This document shows positions 9,627 to 17,531 of a stretch of 49,839 bases of DNA, piece by piece; position 1 is the first letter of the stretch, and each line of letters opens with the position of its first letter. A program made the position numbers and the translations under genes. The stretch is from an uncultured Gemmatimonadales bacterium (GTDB taxonomy: Bacteria; Gemmatimonadota; Gemmatimonadetes; Gemmatimonadales; JACORV01), in assembly GCA_964550365.1 (NCBI GenBank), contig CAZJZC010000002.1, forward strand, positions 1-49,839. The letters are read 5' to 3'. Below the pieces are notes generated by a model that searched no databases, was not told the origin of the DNA, and was given only the letters and a program-made list of their open reading frames with translations.

Positions 9627-10541
9627 ATGCTGATCCGCCGTCCGCCGGATATCCGCGCGAGCGAGGTGACGCCCGAAGCCTCGTACCTCGGGCGCCGAGC
9701 GTTCATCGCCGCCGCCGGCGTCGCCGCCGGCAGCATCGCGTTCCCGGGTCTCGCGTGCGCCGAGCGGTCGGCGGGGCGGTCGCAGGAGGACCGGCTCACG
9801 CCGATCGAGGACGTCACGGGCTACAACAACTACTACGAGTTCGGCACCGGCAAGGACGATCCGGCGCGGACCGCTGGCGACTTCCGCACCCGGCCCTGGA
9901 CGGTGGAGATCGCGGGGGAGGTGGCCCGCCCGGCGCGTTACGACCTGGACGACATCCTGCGCCGCTTCCCGTCCGAGGAGCGGATCTACCGCCTGCGGTG
10001 CGTCGAGGCGTGGAGCATGGTCATCCCGTGGCAGGGGTTCCCCCTGCGCGACCTCGTCAACTGGGTCCGGCCCACCGCGCGCGCCAGGTTCGTCGAGTTC
10101 ACCACCCTGCACGACCCCCAGCAGATGCCCGGTCAGCGCCGGGGCGTCCTGCCGTGGCCCTACGTCGAAGGCCTCAGGATGGACGAGGCCATGCACCCGC
10201 TGACGATCATGGCCACCGGGCTCTACGGCCGGACCCTGCCGAACCAGAACGGCGCGCCGCTGCGGCTGGTGGTGCCGTGGAAGTACGGCTTCAAGAGCGG
10301 CAAGGCCATCGTACGGATCCGCTTCACGCCCGACATGCCGCGCACGACATGGGCCATCGCCGCGCCGGACGAGTACGGCTTCTACGCCAACGTGAACCCC
10401 GAGGTCGATCACCCGCGCTGGAGCCAGGCGCGCGAGCGGCGCATCGGCGAGTTCGCCCGGCGCCGCACCCTGCCGTTCAACGGCTATGCCGAGCAGGTCG
10501 CATCGCTCTACAGCGGGATGGACCTGCGGCGGAACTTCTGA
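9627..10541 (+). CDS. msrP: Protein-methionine-sulfoxide reductase catalytic subunit MsrP (molybdopterin, Tat-exported)
   Basis: [35 protein letters not shown] (Tat signal), [33 protein letters not shown], and [18 protein letters not shown]. These are typical of YedY/MsrP. Confidence 0.92.
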   Translation: MLIRRPPDIRASEVTPEASYLGRRAFIAAAGVAAGSIAFPGLACAERSAGRSQEDRLTPIEDVTGYNNYYEFGTGKDDPARTAGDFRTRPWTVEIAGEVARPARYDLDDILRRFPSEERIYRLRCVEAWSMVIPWQGFPLRDLVNWVRPTARARFVEFTTLHDPQQMPGQRRGVLPWPYVEGLRMDEAMHPLTIMATGLYGRTLPNQNGAPLRLVVPWKYGFKSGKAIVRIRFTPDMPRTTWAIAAPDEYGFYANVNPEVDHPRWSQARERRIGEFARRRTLPFNGYAEQVASLYSGMDLRRNF

Positions 10542-10542
10542 C

Positions 10543-11181
10543 GTGCGGCGGCTGCTGAAGCCGGTGCTCTTCGCCGCATGCCTGGTGCCGCTGGCCTGGA
10601 TGTCGTACGAGCTCGGGATGGGGCGGATCCGGGGCGAGTGGATCAAGGACATCACGCACCGGACCGGGTTCTGGGGCCTGGTGCTCATCACGGCGACGCT
10701 CGCCGTCACGCCGCTGCGCCGGCTCACCGGCTGGAACCAGCTCCAGTCGTACCGCCGGATGCTTGGCCTGTTCGGCTTCTTCTACATCTGCGTGCACTTC
10801 CTGGTCATCTACGTGATCCTCGACAAGCAGGTGCCCTGGGATCCCGCCTTCGCCTGGCAGGAGATCGTCAAGGACATCGCCAAGCGGCCGTACATCACGG
10901 TGGGCTTCACCGGGTTCGTGCTGATGATCCCGCTGGCCCTGACCAGCACCAGGGGCTGGGTCCGGCGACTGGGCAGACGGTGGGTGACCCTGCACGCGCT
11001 CATCTACCTCACGGCGCTCGCCGGGGTCGTCCACTTCACCTGGGCGGTGAAGGCCGACACCCGTGATGCGACGATCGTCGGGGTCGTGCTGCTGATCCTG
11101 CTCGGCGCCCGGCTGGTGCCGAAACGCCGCAAGCGGGCCGCGGTCGCCCCGACGGGGGCTGCGGCCGCGGCCGCGGACTGA
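10543..11181 (+). CDS. msrQ: Protein-methionine-sulfoxide reductase heme-binding membrane subunit MsrQ
   Basis: An in-frame GTG at 10543 lies 1 nt after the msrP stop. The sequence VRRLLKPVLFAACLVPLAW...ITHRTGFWGLVLITATLAVTPLRR...FFYICVHFLVY is a ferric-reductase-like transmembrane protein typical of YedZ/MsrQ. Confidence 0.88.
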   Translation: MRRLLKPVLFAACLVPLAWMSYELGMGRIRGEWIKDITHRTGFWGLVLITATLAVTPLRRLTGWNQLQSYRRMLGLFGFFYICVHFLVIYVILDKQVPWDPAFAWQEIVKDIAKRPYITVGFTGFVLMIPLALTSTRGWVRRLGRRWVTLHALIYLTALAGVVHFTWAVKADTRDATIVGVVLLILLGARLVPKRRKRAAVAPTGAAAAAAD

Positions 11182-11240
11182 GGTCTTGCGGGTTCCCGTC
11201 CCGCGCGGCACTTCTCAGTGGTCCCGTCCGGAGTCGTGCC

Positions 11241-11750
11241 ATGGCCCTGCTCAAGCCTGCCGTCGGCGGCGTCGCCATCCTCATCACCTCCCTGTTCGTG
11301 CTCGGCATCTTCGCCCAACCGGGCTGCGCCTGCAGTCCCAAGTGGAAGGCGTACACGGCCGCGGTGAAGTCGGATCTGCGCTTCCTGGTGACCGCGCAGG
11401 AGGCCGTGTTCGCCGACGACTCGTCGTATTCGTCCGTCCTGCCGGCCGGCTTCGCCGCATCGACCGGCGTCCGCGTCCGCGTGGTCGAGGCGGGCCGCGA
11501 CGGATGGCGGGCCGTGGCCTCGCACGAGAGGAACCAGGGAGAATGCCGCATCTACGTCGGCCGGGTCGCGTGGCGGCCGAAGGCTGTGGACGGGACGACA
11601 GGCGAGGAGGGCGTGCCGGTCTGCTGGGGCATGTGGCCGCGCGAGCCGTCGTTCCAGCTGCGGCTCCAGGCAGGCCTCGGCCTGGTCGAGCGGCCGCGGC
11701 CCATGCCGCAGGAGTCGGTGCCGGGAGCCGGGCCGGGCGCGCGGCCCTGA
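11241..11750 (+). CDS. Hypothetical membrane-anchored protein with pilin-like globular region
   Basis: N-terminal TM VGGVAILITSLFVLGIF, then KAYTAAVKSDLRFLVTAQEAVFADDSSYSS...GVRVRVVEAG..W.AVASH...CRIYVG, which resembles the helix plus beta-sheet of type IV pilin-like proteins. There is no G/F-T-L-I-E prepilin motif. GC3 stays high through the stop. Confidence 0.55.
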   Translation: MALLKPAVGGVAILITSLFVLGIFAQPGCACSPKWKAYTAAVKSDLRFLVTAQEAVFADDSSYSSVLPAGFAASTGVRVRVVEAGRDGWRAVASHERNQGECRIYVGRVAWRPKAVDGTTGEEGVPVCWGMWPREPSFQLRLQAGLGLVERPRPMPQESVPGAGPGARP

Positions 11751-11815
11751 CCGCAGTGCGTCGGACTGTGTCTCGCGTCACCGCACGGCGGTCCGTCGGC
11801 CCGGAAGTTCGACGC

Positions 11816-12274
11816 ATGCGAATGCACTCGCTTCTTCCGGGCGCCGCCATGGCACTCTCCGCGTGTACGGCCACGATGAGCCCTCCGGCGCGCCCGGCAC
11901 CGGCGCCCGGTCCCGCCGGCCGCGGCAACGCGGCAACGGTGCACGTGCTCGGTGTCCCGCCCGGCCACCTGCCGCGTCCCGGGCAGTGCCGCGTCTGGAT
12001 CCCGGGTGTGCCGCCCGGACGCCAGGCGCGCTCGCGCGCGTGCGCCGGGATCATGGCCACGGCTCCCTCCGGCAGCTGGGTGCTGTACCGGCCGAGCGCG
12101 GACCGGCACTATGTGCACGTCCGGGTCGTAGACCCGGTGCGGACGGGCGTGCTCGTGATGGTGCGCATCTTCATCGCGGCCGACGGGCGGTTCGTGACGG
12201 AGCGCGAACCGGGCGACGCCGACCGGGACGACGATGGCCGCGGCCGCGGGCGCCGGCCTGACCAGCGTCGCTAG
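11816..12274 (+). CDS. Hypothetical lipoprotein with PPGHLPRPGQC-RVW-PGVPPGRQ motif
   Basis: ATG at 11816 inside ORF 11186..12274: MRMHSLLPGAAMALSAC (lipobox), a Pro/Ala linker, then VPPGHLPRPGQCRVWIPGVPPGRQARSRAC and a short beta-rich C-terminus. Confidence 0.6.
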   Translation: MRMHSLLPGAAMALSACTATMSPPARPAPAPGPAGRGNAATVHVLGVPPGHLPRPGQCRVWIPGVPPGRQARSRACAGIMATAPSGSWVLYRPSADRHYVHVRVVDPVRTGVLVMVRIFIAADGRFVTEREPGDADRDDDGRGRGRRPDQRR

Positions 12275-12344
12275 CCCGGGGTGTGGCGCTCGCGCCGCGG
12301 CGCACACGCCGGGCATGGCGGCGCGTTCGGAGGCTGAGGTCCGA

Positions 12345-12408
12345 GGATAGGAGCGGCGCCGGATAGCCAGGTTGCGGGCTGCAACGTCACGGCATAGCCT
12401 TTGCGGGC
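12345..12408 (+). promoter_or_regulatory. Direct repeats (G/C)ATAG(CC)-N1-3-TTGCGGGC upstream of the S8 protease gene
   Basis: ATAGCCaggTTGCGGGC at 12363-12379 and ATAGCCtTTGCGGGC at 12394-12408 start 31 bp apart. A third GGATAG lies at 12345-12350. All sit 50-110 nt upstream of the ATG at 12457. Confidence 0.3.
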
Positions 12409-12456
12409 AGTCTTCCCCGTCCACGACATCGAAATCACCAGGGCCGGAGGTCAGCG

Positions 12457-13770
12457 ATGCGTCGTTCGACTGGTCGTGCGTTCTCTATTCTCGCGGTCGC
12501 CGGCCTGGCGGCGTGCTCGGAGGGCTCCCTGCAGGCGCCGGATTCTGTCCCGGTGCCGTCGTTCGGGGCGGCCGCACAGGCAGGCGAACAGGTCATGCCG
12601 GGCGAGGTCCTGGTGAAGGTGAGGCCGGGCATGGACGTGGGGGCGGTCGCGCGGGGACGCGGGCTGGACGTGGCGGCCGCCGGTTACGGCCAGCGCTTCC
12701 ACGTGTTGCGCGGCGCGGCCGGCCGCGAAGCGGCTGACGCCGCCTCGCTCCGGGGTGATGCGCGGGTGGAATGGGCCGAGCCGAACTACCTGCGCCAGCC
12801 GAGCGCGATCGACCCGCGCCTGTGGGCGTTCCGCAACCCCGGCGGACTCAACATGAGCTACAGTTCCGGGAAGAACCGAGGCCTGCCGCTGCCCGCCTCG
12901 TACGCGTCGCTCGCGGATGCGGACGAGGACAACGTCGAGGGGTTCGCCGCCGGCGGATCGCAGGTCGTGATCGGGAGCATCGACACCGGCGTCGATCTGC
13001 TGCACCCGGAGCTGGCCGGCCGGGTGATCGCCGGACGCGACTGGTACAACAACGACAACGACCCGACCGACGATGACGGCCACGGCACGCACACGTCCGG
13101 CACGATGGCCGGCACCAACGTCGGCGTGGCGGGCGTCGCCGGCGCGGGCGCCAATGTCCGCGTGTATGCGCAGAAGGTCTGCGGCCGGCGCGGCTGTCCG
13201 ACGTCGGCGATCGTGAACGCGATCTATGCCGCGGCGGACTACCCCGGCATGGTCGCCATCAACATGTCGCTGGGCGGCTCGTCCGAGTCGCAGGCGGAGA
13301 AGGACGCGATCCTCTACGCCACGAACCGCGGCGTGCTCGTCATCGCGTCGGCGGGCAACAGCGGCGCCGGAACGGTCGCCTGCCCGGCGTGCGACCCGAA
13401 CGCCATCTCCGTGGCGGCAACGACCTGGCGCGACGAGCGGGCCTCGTACTCGCAGTACGGGCCGGGGTTGGACATCTCGGCGCCCGGTGGAACCTGCTAT
13501 TCCAACACCACGAGCGAAGGCTGCATCTACAGCGCCTACAAGAACGGCGGCTACGCCTGGCTGCAGGGTACGTCCATGGCGGCGCCGCAGGTGACCGGGA
13601 CGGCCGCGATCGTCGCGTCGGTGACGGGTCTTCGTGGCGCGCAGCTGCGGACCCGGCTGCTCACCAGCACCGACGACCTGGGCGCCAGCGGCTACGACCA
13701 GACGTTCGGCAGCGGTCGCCTGAACAGCTATCGGGCCGTGACCGGCAACACGCTGCCAGTGGGACAATGA
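12457..13770 (+). CDS. S8 family (subtilisin-like) serine peptidase, lipoprotein/secreted, with N-terminal propeptide
   Basis: Signal AVAGLAAC and an I9-like propeptide (VLVKVRPG...). The catalytic triad motifs are DTGVDLLHPEL, HGTHTSGTMAG and GTSMAAPQVTG. GGAGG lies upstream of the ATG. Confidence 0.92.
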   Translation: MRRSTGRAFSILAVAGLAACSEGSLQAPDSVPVPSFGAAAQAGEQVMPGEVLVKVRPGMDVGAVARGRGLDVAAAGYGQRFHVLRGAAGREAADAASLRGDARVEWAEPNYLRQPSAIDPRLWAFRNPGGLNMSYSSGKNRGLPLPASYASLADADEDNVEGFAAGGSQVVIGSIDTGVDLLHPELAGRVIAGRDWYNNDNDPTDDDGHGTHTSGTMAGTNVGVAGVAGAGANVRVYAQKVCGRRGCPTSAIVNAIYAAADYPGMVAINMSLGGSSESQAEKDAILYATNRGVLVIASAGNSGAGTVACPACDPNAISVAATTWRDERASYSQYGPGLDISAPGGTCYSNTTSEGCIYSAYKNGGYAWLQGTSMAAPQVTGTAAIVASVTGLRGAQLRTRLLTSTDDLGASGYDQTFGSGRLNSYRAVTGNTLPVGQ

Positions 13771-13791
13771 CGGCGGGGACGTGATCGAACC

Positions 13792-13820
13792 GCAGCGGCG
13801 GGCCGGTGGCCCGCCGCTGC
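13792..13820. terminator. Bidirectional hairpin between convergent S8 protease and thioesterase genes
   Basis: gcagcggcgggcc / ggcccgccgctgc is a perfect 13-bp stem with a 3-nt loop. It lies 22 nt after the S8 stop and immediately after the thioesterase stop. Confidence 0.6.
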
Positions 13821-13821
13821 T

Positions 13822-14250
13822 TCATTCGGGGCGTGGCGGGCGGTTCGGGTCCCGGCCGCGCTTCGCCGCCGCCGACCGCTCGAAACGCTCCAGGTCCACG
13901 GCCGCGCGCCGGTGCGTGCCGCTGCCGATGATCTCCGTGCCGTCGTGCGCCTCCACGGCGAACGTCCCCGCCGTCCCGTCCCATGACGTCAGCTCGGCCC
14001 GCGCGGTGACGGTGGCGCCGACCGGCGTCGCCGCCAGGTGGCGCACGTCGACCGCCACGCCGACCGAGACCCAGCCCGGCGGCAGGAACGGCGCGATGGC
14101 GGTGGCGGCCGCCAGCTCCATCAGGTGGATCATCATCGGCGTGCCATAGACCTCGGGCATCCCCGGGTGCAGGTGTGCCACGGTCTTCTCGCGCTCCACG
14201 CGCTCCTGGAGCGCCGCGCGGGTGCCGGTCGGGATGCGGATGTCGCCCAT
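13822..14250 (-). CDS. Hotdog-fold thioesterase (fluoroacetyl-CoA thioesterase-like family)
   Basis: From ATG 14250: MGDIRIPTGTRAALQERVEREKTVAHLHPGMPEVYGTPMMIHLMELAAATAI...VDVRHLAATPVG, typical of small hotdog thioesterases. Confidence 0.75.
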   Translation of the reverse strand: MGDIRIPTGTRAALQERVEREKTVAHLHPGMPEVYGTPMMIHLMELAAATAIAPFLPPGWVSVGVAVDVRHLAATPVGATVTARAELTSWDGTAGTFAVEAHDGTEIIGSGTHRRAAVDLERFERSAAAKRGRDPNRPPRPE

Positions 14251-14349
14251 GCCGGAATCTAGCCGGAGCCGGACCGCCGGGACTCGCGGCGGCCCGTGCG
14301 GTCCTCCATGTTTAGCCCCCGACACCCGACCGTCCATTTCGGAGGCTGC

Positions 14350-17300
14350 ATGTCACCCGCCGGCCGTTCATTCCTCCTGCTCCTGCCCCTGGCCGCTCTG
14401 CTCGTGCCGCGGGCCGAGGCTCAGCGTCGCCGCGCCCCCGCGCCGGCCGCCGAAGCCCGGCCGGCGTTCGACTCCACGCTGTTCCAGGCGCTGCGCTGGC
14501 GATCCATCGGGCCGTATCGCGGCGGCCGGGTCACGGCCGTCGCCGGCGTCAGCGGCCAGCGCGACGTCTACTACTTCGGTGCCACCGGCGGCGGGGTCTG
14601 GAAGACGACCGATGGCGGGGCCAGCTGGTTCCCGATCGCCGATTCGATCCTGGGCGCCGGCTCGATCGGCGCCATCGAGGTGGCGCCCTCCGACCCGAAC
14701 GTGGTGTACGTCGGCGGCGGCGAGTCGCCCCTGCGCGGCAACGTCTCGCCGGGGGACGGGATGTACCGCTCGACCGACGCGGGACGCACCTGGGCGCGCA
14801 TCGGCCTGACCGACGCCGGCCAGATCGCGGCCATCCGCGTGCACCCCTCGAACCCCGACCTGGTCTACGCCGCGGTCCTGGGCCACGCCTTCGGCCCCAG
14901 CGCCCAGCGCGGCGTCTACCGCTCCGACGACGGCGGCCGCACCTGGCGCCTGCTCCTGAGCCGCGGCGACAGCGCCGGCGCCATCGACATCGCCATGGAC
15001 CACGCCAACCCGCGCATCCTCTACGCGGCGTTCTGGCAGGCGGTCCGGCGCCCGTGGGAGATGGTGAGCGGCGGCGCGGGCAGCGGGCTGTTCAAGAGCA
15101 CCGACGGCGGCGAGACCTGGACGGAACTGACGCGGCGGCCGGGGCTGCCGCGCGGCCTGGTGGGCAAGGTCGGCGTGGCGGTGTCGCACGTCGATCCCGA
15201 CCGCGTCTGGGCCATCATCGAGGCCGAGGACGGCGGCGTGTTCCGCTCGGACGACGCGGGCGCGACCTGGATCCGCACCAGCGAGGACCGCAGCCTGCGC
15301 CAGCGGGCCTGGTACTACACCCACATCCACGCCGACCCGGGCAACAACGACGCCGTGTGGGTGATGAACGTCAACCTGCACCGTTCGGTCGACGGCGGCA
15401 GGACCTTCACCAGCATCCGGCAGGGCCACGGCGACAACCACGCGCTGTGGATCGATCCGCACGATCCCGCGCGCATCATCAACGGGAACGACGGCGGCGC
15501 CGCGGTCAGCACCAACGGCGGCGCGACGTGGTCGACGCTGGAGAACCAGCCGACGGCGCAGTTCTATCACGTCACCACCACGATGGACTTCCCCTACCGG
15601 GTGTGCGGCGCCCAGCAGGACAACAGCACCATCTGCATCCCCAGCCGCACCGCCGGCGGGCTCATCGGGCGGGATACCTGGCAGACGCTGGGCGGCTGCG
15701 AGAGCGGCTACATCGCCGTGCGGCCGGACTCGACCGACATCTCGTACGCCGGCTGCTACGGCGGCTACCTCGAACGACAGGACGCGCGCACCGGGCTGGA
15801 GCGCAACATCATGGTCTGGCCCGACAACCCCATGGGCCGGGGCGCCGACGACCTGCGCTACCGGTTCCAGTGGACCTTCCCGATCGTGCTCTCGCCGTTC
15901 GACCCGAACGTGCTGTACGTGACCAGCCAGATGGTCCACCGCTCCACCGACGGCGGCCAGAGCTGGCAGACCATCTCGCCCGACCTGACCCGCAACGACC
16001 GCAGCAAGCAGGGCCCCTCGGGCGGGCCGATCACCAAGGACAACACCAGCGTGGAGTACTACGACGTGGTCTTCGCGCTGGCACCCTCGCCGCGGGAGCG
16101 CGGCCTCGTCTGGGCCGGCACCGACGACGGCCTGGTGCACGTGACACGCGACGGCGGGGCCACCTGGCAGAACGTCACGCCCCCGGGCCTGCCGGAGTGG
16201 GCGCTGATCTCGATCATCGAGGCGTCGCCGCACGACGCCGCGACCGCCTACGTGGCCGCGACGCGCTACAAGTGGGACGACTTCGCTCCCTACGTCTACC
16301 GCACCGGCGACTACGGTCGCACCTGGACGCGCATCACCGCCGGCCTCCCCGCGAACCACTTCATCCGCGTGATCCGCGAGGACCCGGTCCGCCGAGGCCT
16401 GCTCTACGCCGGCGGCGAGTTCGGCGTCTACGCCTCCTTCGACGACGGCCGCGCCTGGCAGTCCCTGCGGCTCAACCTCCCCGTGGTGCCGATCCACGAC
16501 ATGGTCGTCAAGGACAACGACCTGGTGCTGGCCACCCACGGCCGCTCGTTCTGGATCCTCGACGACCTGACGCCCCTGCACCAGCTGGCCGACTCGGTCG
16601 CCGCGGCCGATGCCTTCCTGTTCCGCCCCCGCGACGTGGTCCGCTTCGGGCTTGGCGGCGGTGGCGGCGGCGGCGGCGGCGGGCGTCCGCCCCTGGCCGG
16701 CGCCAATCCGCCGGGCGGCGCCGTGGTGTACTTCAATCTGCGGTCCGCCCCCGACAGCAGTGCCGAGGTGAAGCTCGAATTCCTCGACTCCGCCGGCGCG
16801 GTGATCCGGACGTACTCCACGCGGGCCCGCGAGCGGAACCAGCGGCTCGACTCGCTCCGGGCGGGCATGAACCGGTTCGTCTGGAACCTCCGCTACCCCG
16901 ACGCGGCGACGTTCCAGGGACTCATCATGTGGGCGGGGAGCGTCACCGGACCGCTGGCGCCCCCGGGCCGGTACCAGGTGCGGCTGACGGCCGGCGGCCG
17001 CAGCCAGACGCGCGAGTTCCGGTTCGTGCCCGACCCTCGGGTACGATCCACGCCGCAGGACTACGCCGCGCAGTTCGAGATGCTCATCCGCATCCGCGAC
17101 CGGCTGAGCGACGCCAACAGCGCGGTGACCCGCATCCGCGACCTCAGGGGCCAGATCGACCAGGTCACGTCGCGGCTCGAGGGCGTCGCCAACGCGCCGG
17201 CCATCCGCGCCCAGGCCGACAGCCTGCGCCGCCGGCTCACGGCGGTCGAGGAGGCGATCTACCAGACCCGCAATCGCAGCGGCCAGGACCCGCTCAACTA

Positions 17301-17523
17301 CCCGATCCGGCTCAACAACCGCATCGCGGCGCTGACGGGGGTCGTGGCGGGCGGCGACGCCCGGCCCACCGACCAGGCCGTCGCGGTCTTCGGCGAGCTG
17401 TCGGGTCTGCTCCAGGCGCAGCTCGACCTGCTGCGCGGCATCGTCGATACCGACGTGCCGGCCTTCAACGCCCTCGTGCGCGAGGCCAACGTGCCGGCGC
17501 TCGTGGTCCGGGAGCGGCGCTAG
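14350..17523 (+). CDS. Large secreted BNR/Asp-box repeat (sortilin/VPS10-like, 'glycosyl hydrolase-like') protein
   Basis: Signal MSPAGRSFLLLLPLAALLVPRAEAQ. About ten S/T-x-D-G-G-x-T-W Asp-box motifs are present (TTDGGASW, STDAGRTW, SDDGGRTW, STDGGETW, SDDAGATW, STNGGATW, STDGGQSW, TRDGGATW...). The C-terminal region contains a Gly10 run. Confidence 0.85.
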   Translation: MSPAGRSFLLLLPLAALLVPRAEAQRRRAPAPAAEARPAFDSTLFQALRWRSIGPYRGGRVTAVAGVSGQRDVYYFGATGGGVWKTTDGGASWFPIADSILGAGSIGAIEVAPSDPNVVYVGGGESPLRGNVSPGDGMYRSTDAGRTWARIGLTDAGQIAAIRVHPSNPDLVYAAVLGHAFGPSAQRGVYRSDDGGRTWRLLLSRGDSAGAIDIAMDHANPRILYAAFWQAVRRPWEMVSGGAGSGLFKSTDGGETWTELTRRPGLPRGLVGKVGVAVSHVDPDRVWAIIEAEDGGVFRSDDAGATWIRTSEDRSLRQRAWYYTHIHADPGNNDAVWVMNVNLHRSVDGGRTFTSIRQGHGDNHALWIDPHDPARIINGNDGGAAVSTNGGATWSTLENQPTAQFYHVTTTMDFPYRVCGAQQDNSTICIPSRTAGGLIGRDTWQTLGGCESGYIAVRPDSTDISYAGCYGGYLERQDARTGLERNIMVWPDNPMGRGADDLRYRFQWTFPIVLSPFDPNVLYVTSQMVHRSTDGGQSWQTISPDLTRNDRSKQGPSGGPITKDNTSVEYYDVVFALAPSPRERGLVWAGTDDGLVHVTRDGGATWQNVTPPGLPEWALISIIEASPHDAATAYVAATRYKWDDFAPYVYRTGDYGRTWTRITAGLPANHFIRVIREDPVRRGLLYAGGEFGVYASFDDGRAWQSLRLNLPVVPIHDMVVKDNDLVLATHGRSFWILDDLTPLHQLADSVAAADAFLFRPRDVVRFGLGGGGGGGGGGRPPLAGANPPGGAVVYFNLRSAPDSSAEVKLEFLDSAGAVIRTYSTRARERNQRLDSLRAGMNRFVWNLRYPDAATFQGLIMWAGSVTGPLAPPGRYQVRLTAGGRSQTREFRFVPDPRVRSTPQDYAAQFEMLIRIRDRLSDANSAVTRIRDLRGQIDQVTSRLEGVANAPAIRAQADSLRRRLTAVEEAIYQTRNRSGQDPLNYPIRLNNRIAALTGVVAGGDARPTDQAVAVFGELSGLLQAQLDLLRGIVDTDVPAFNALVREANVPALVVRERR
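16654..16683 (+). repeat. GGC/GGT trinucleotide run encoding Gly10 inside the BNR protein gene
   Basis: ggcggcggtggcggcggcggcggcggcggg, ten consecutive Gly codons (protein LGGGGGGGGGGRPP). Confidence 0.9.
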
Positions 17524-17531
17524 CTTCCTCC

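Noticed and set aside
7133-9817. 894-aa minus-strand ORF and the 645-aa plus-strand ORF (7099..9036) overlapping the histidine kinase gene
   Set aside because: These are off-frame or antisense shadows of the 6040..9567 kinase gene. They are extremely Arg/Pro/Gly-rich with no domain motifs.
15054-17531. Upstream 2.4 kb of the 1801-aa ORF that contains the helicase
   Set aside because: This part lies off-frame over the BNR/sortilin-like gene and translates to Arg/Gly/Pro repeats. Helicase motif I begins right after the in-frame GTG at 17532, which follows the BNR gene stop.
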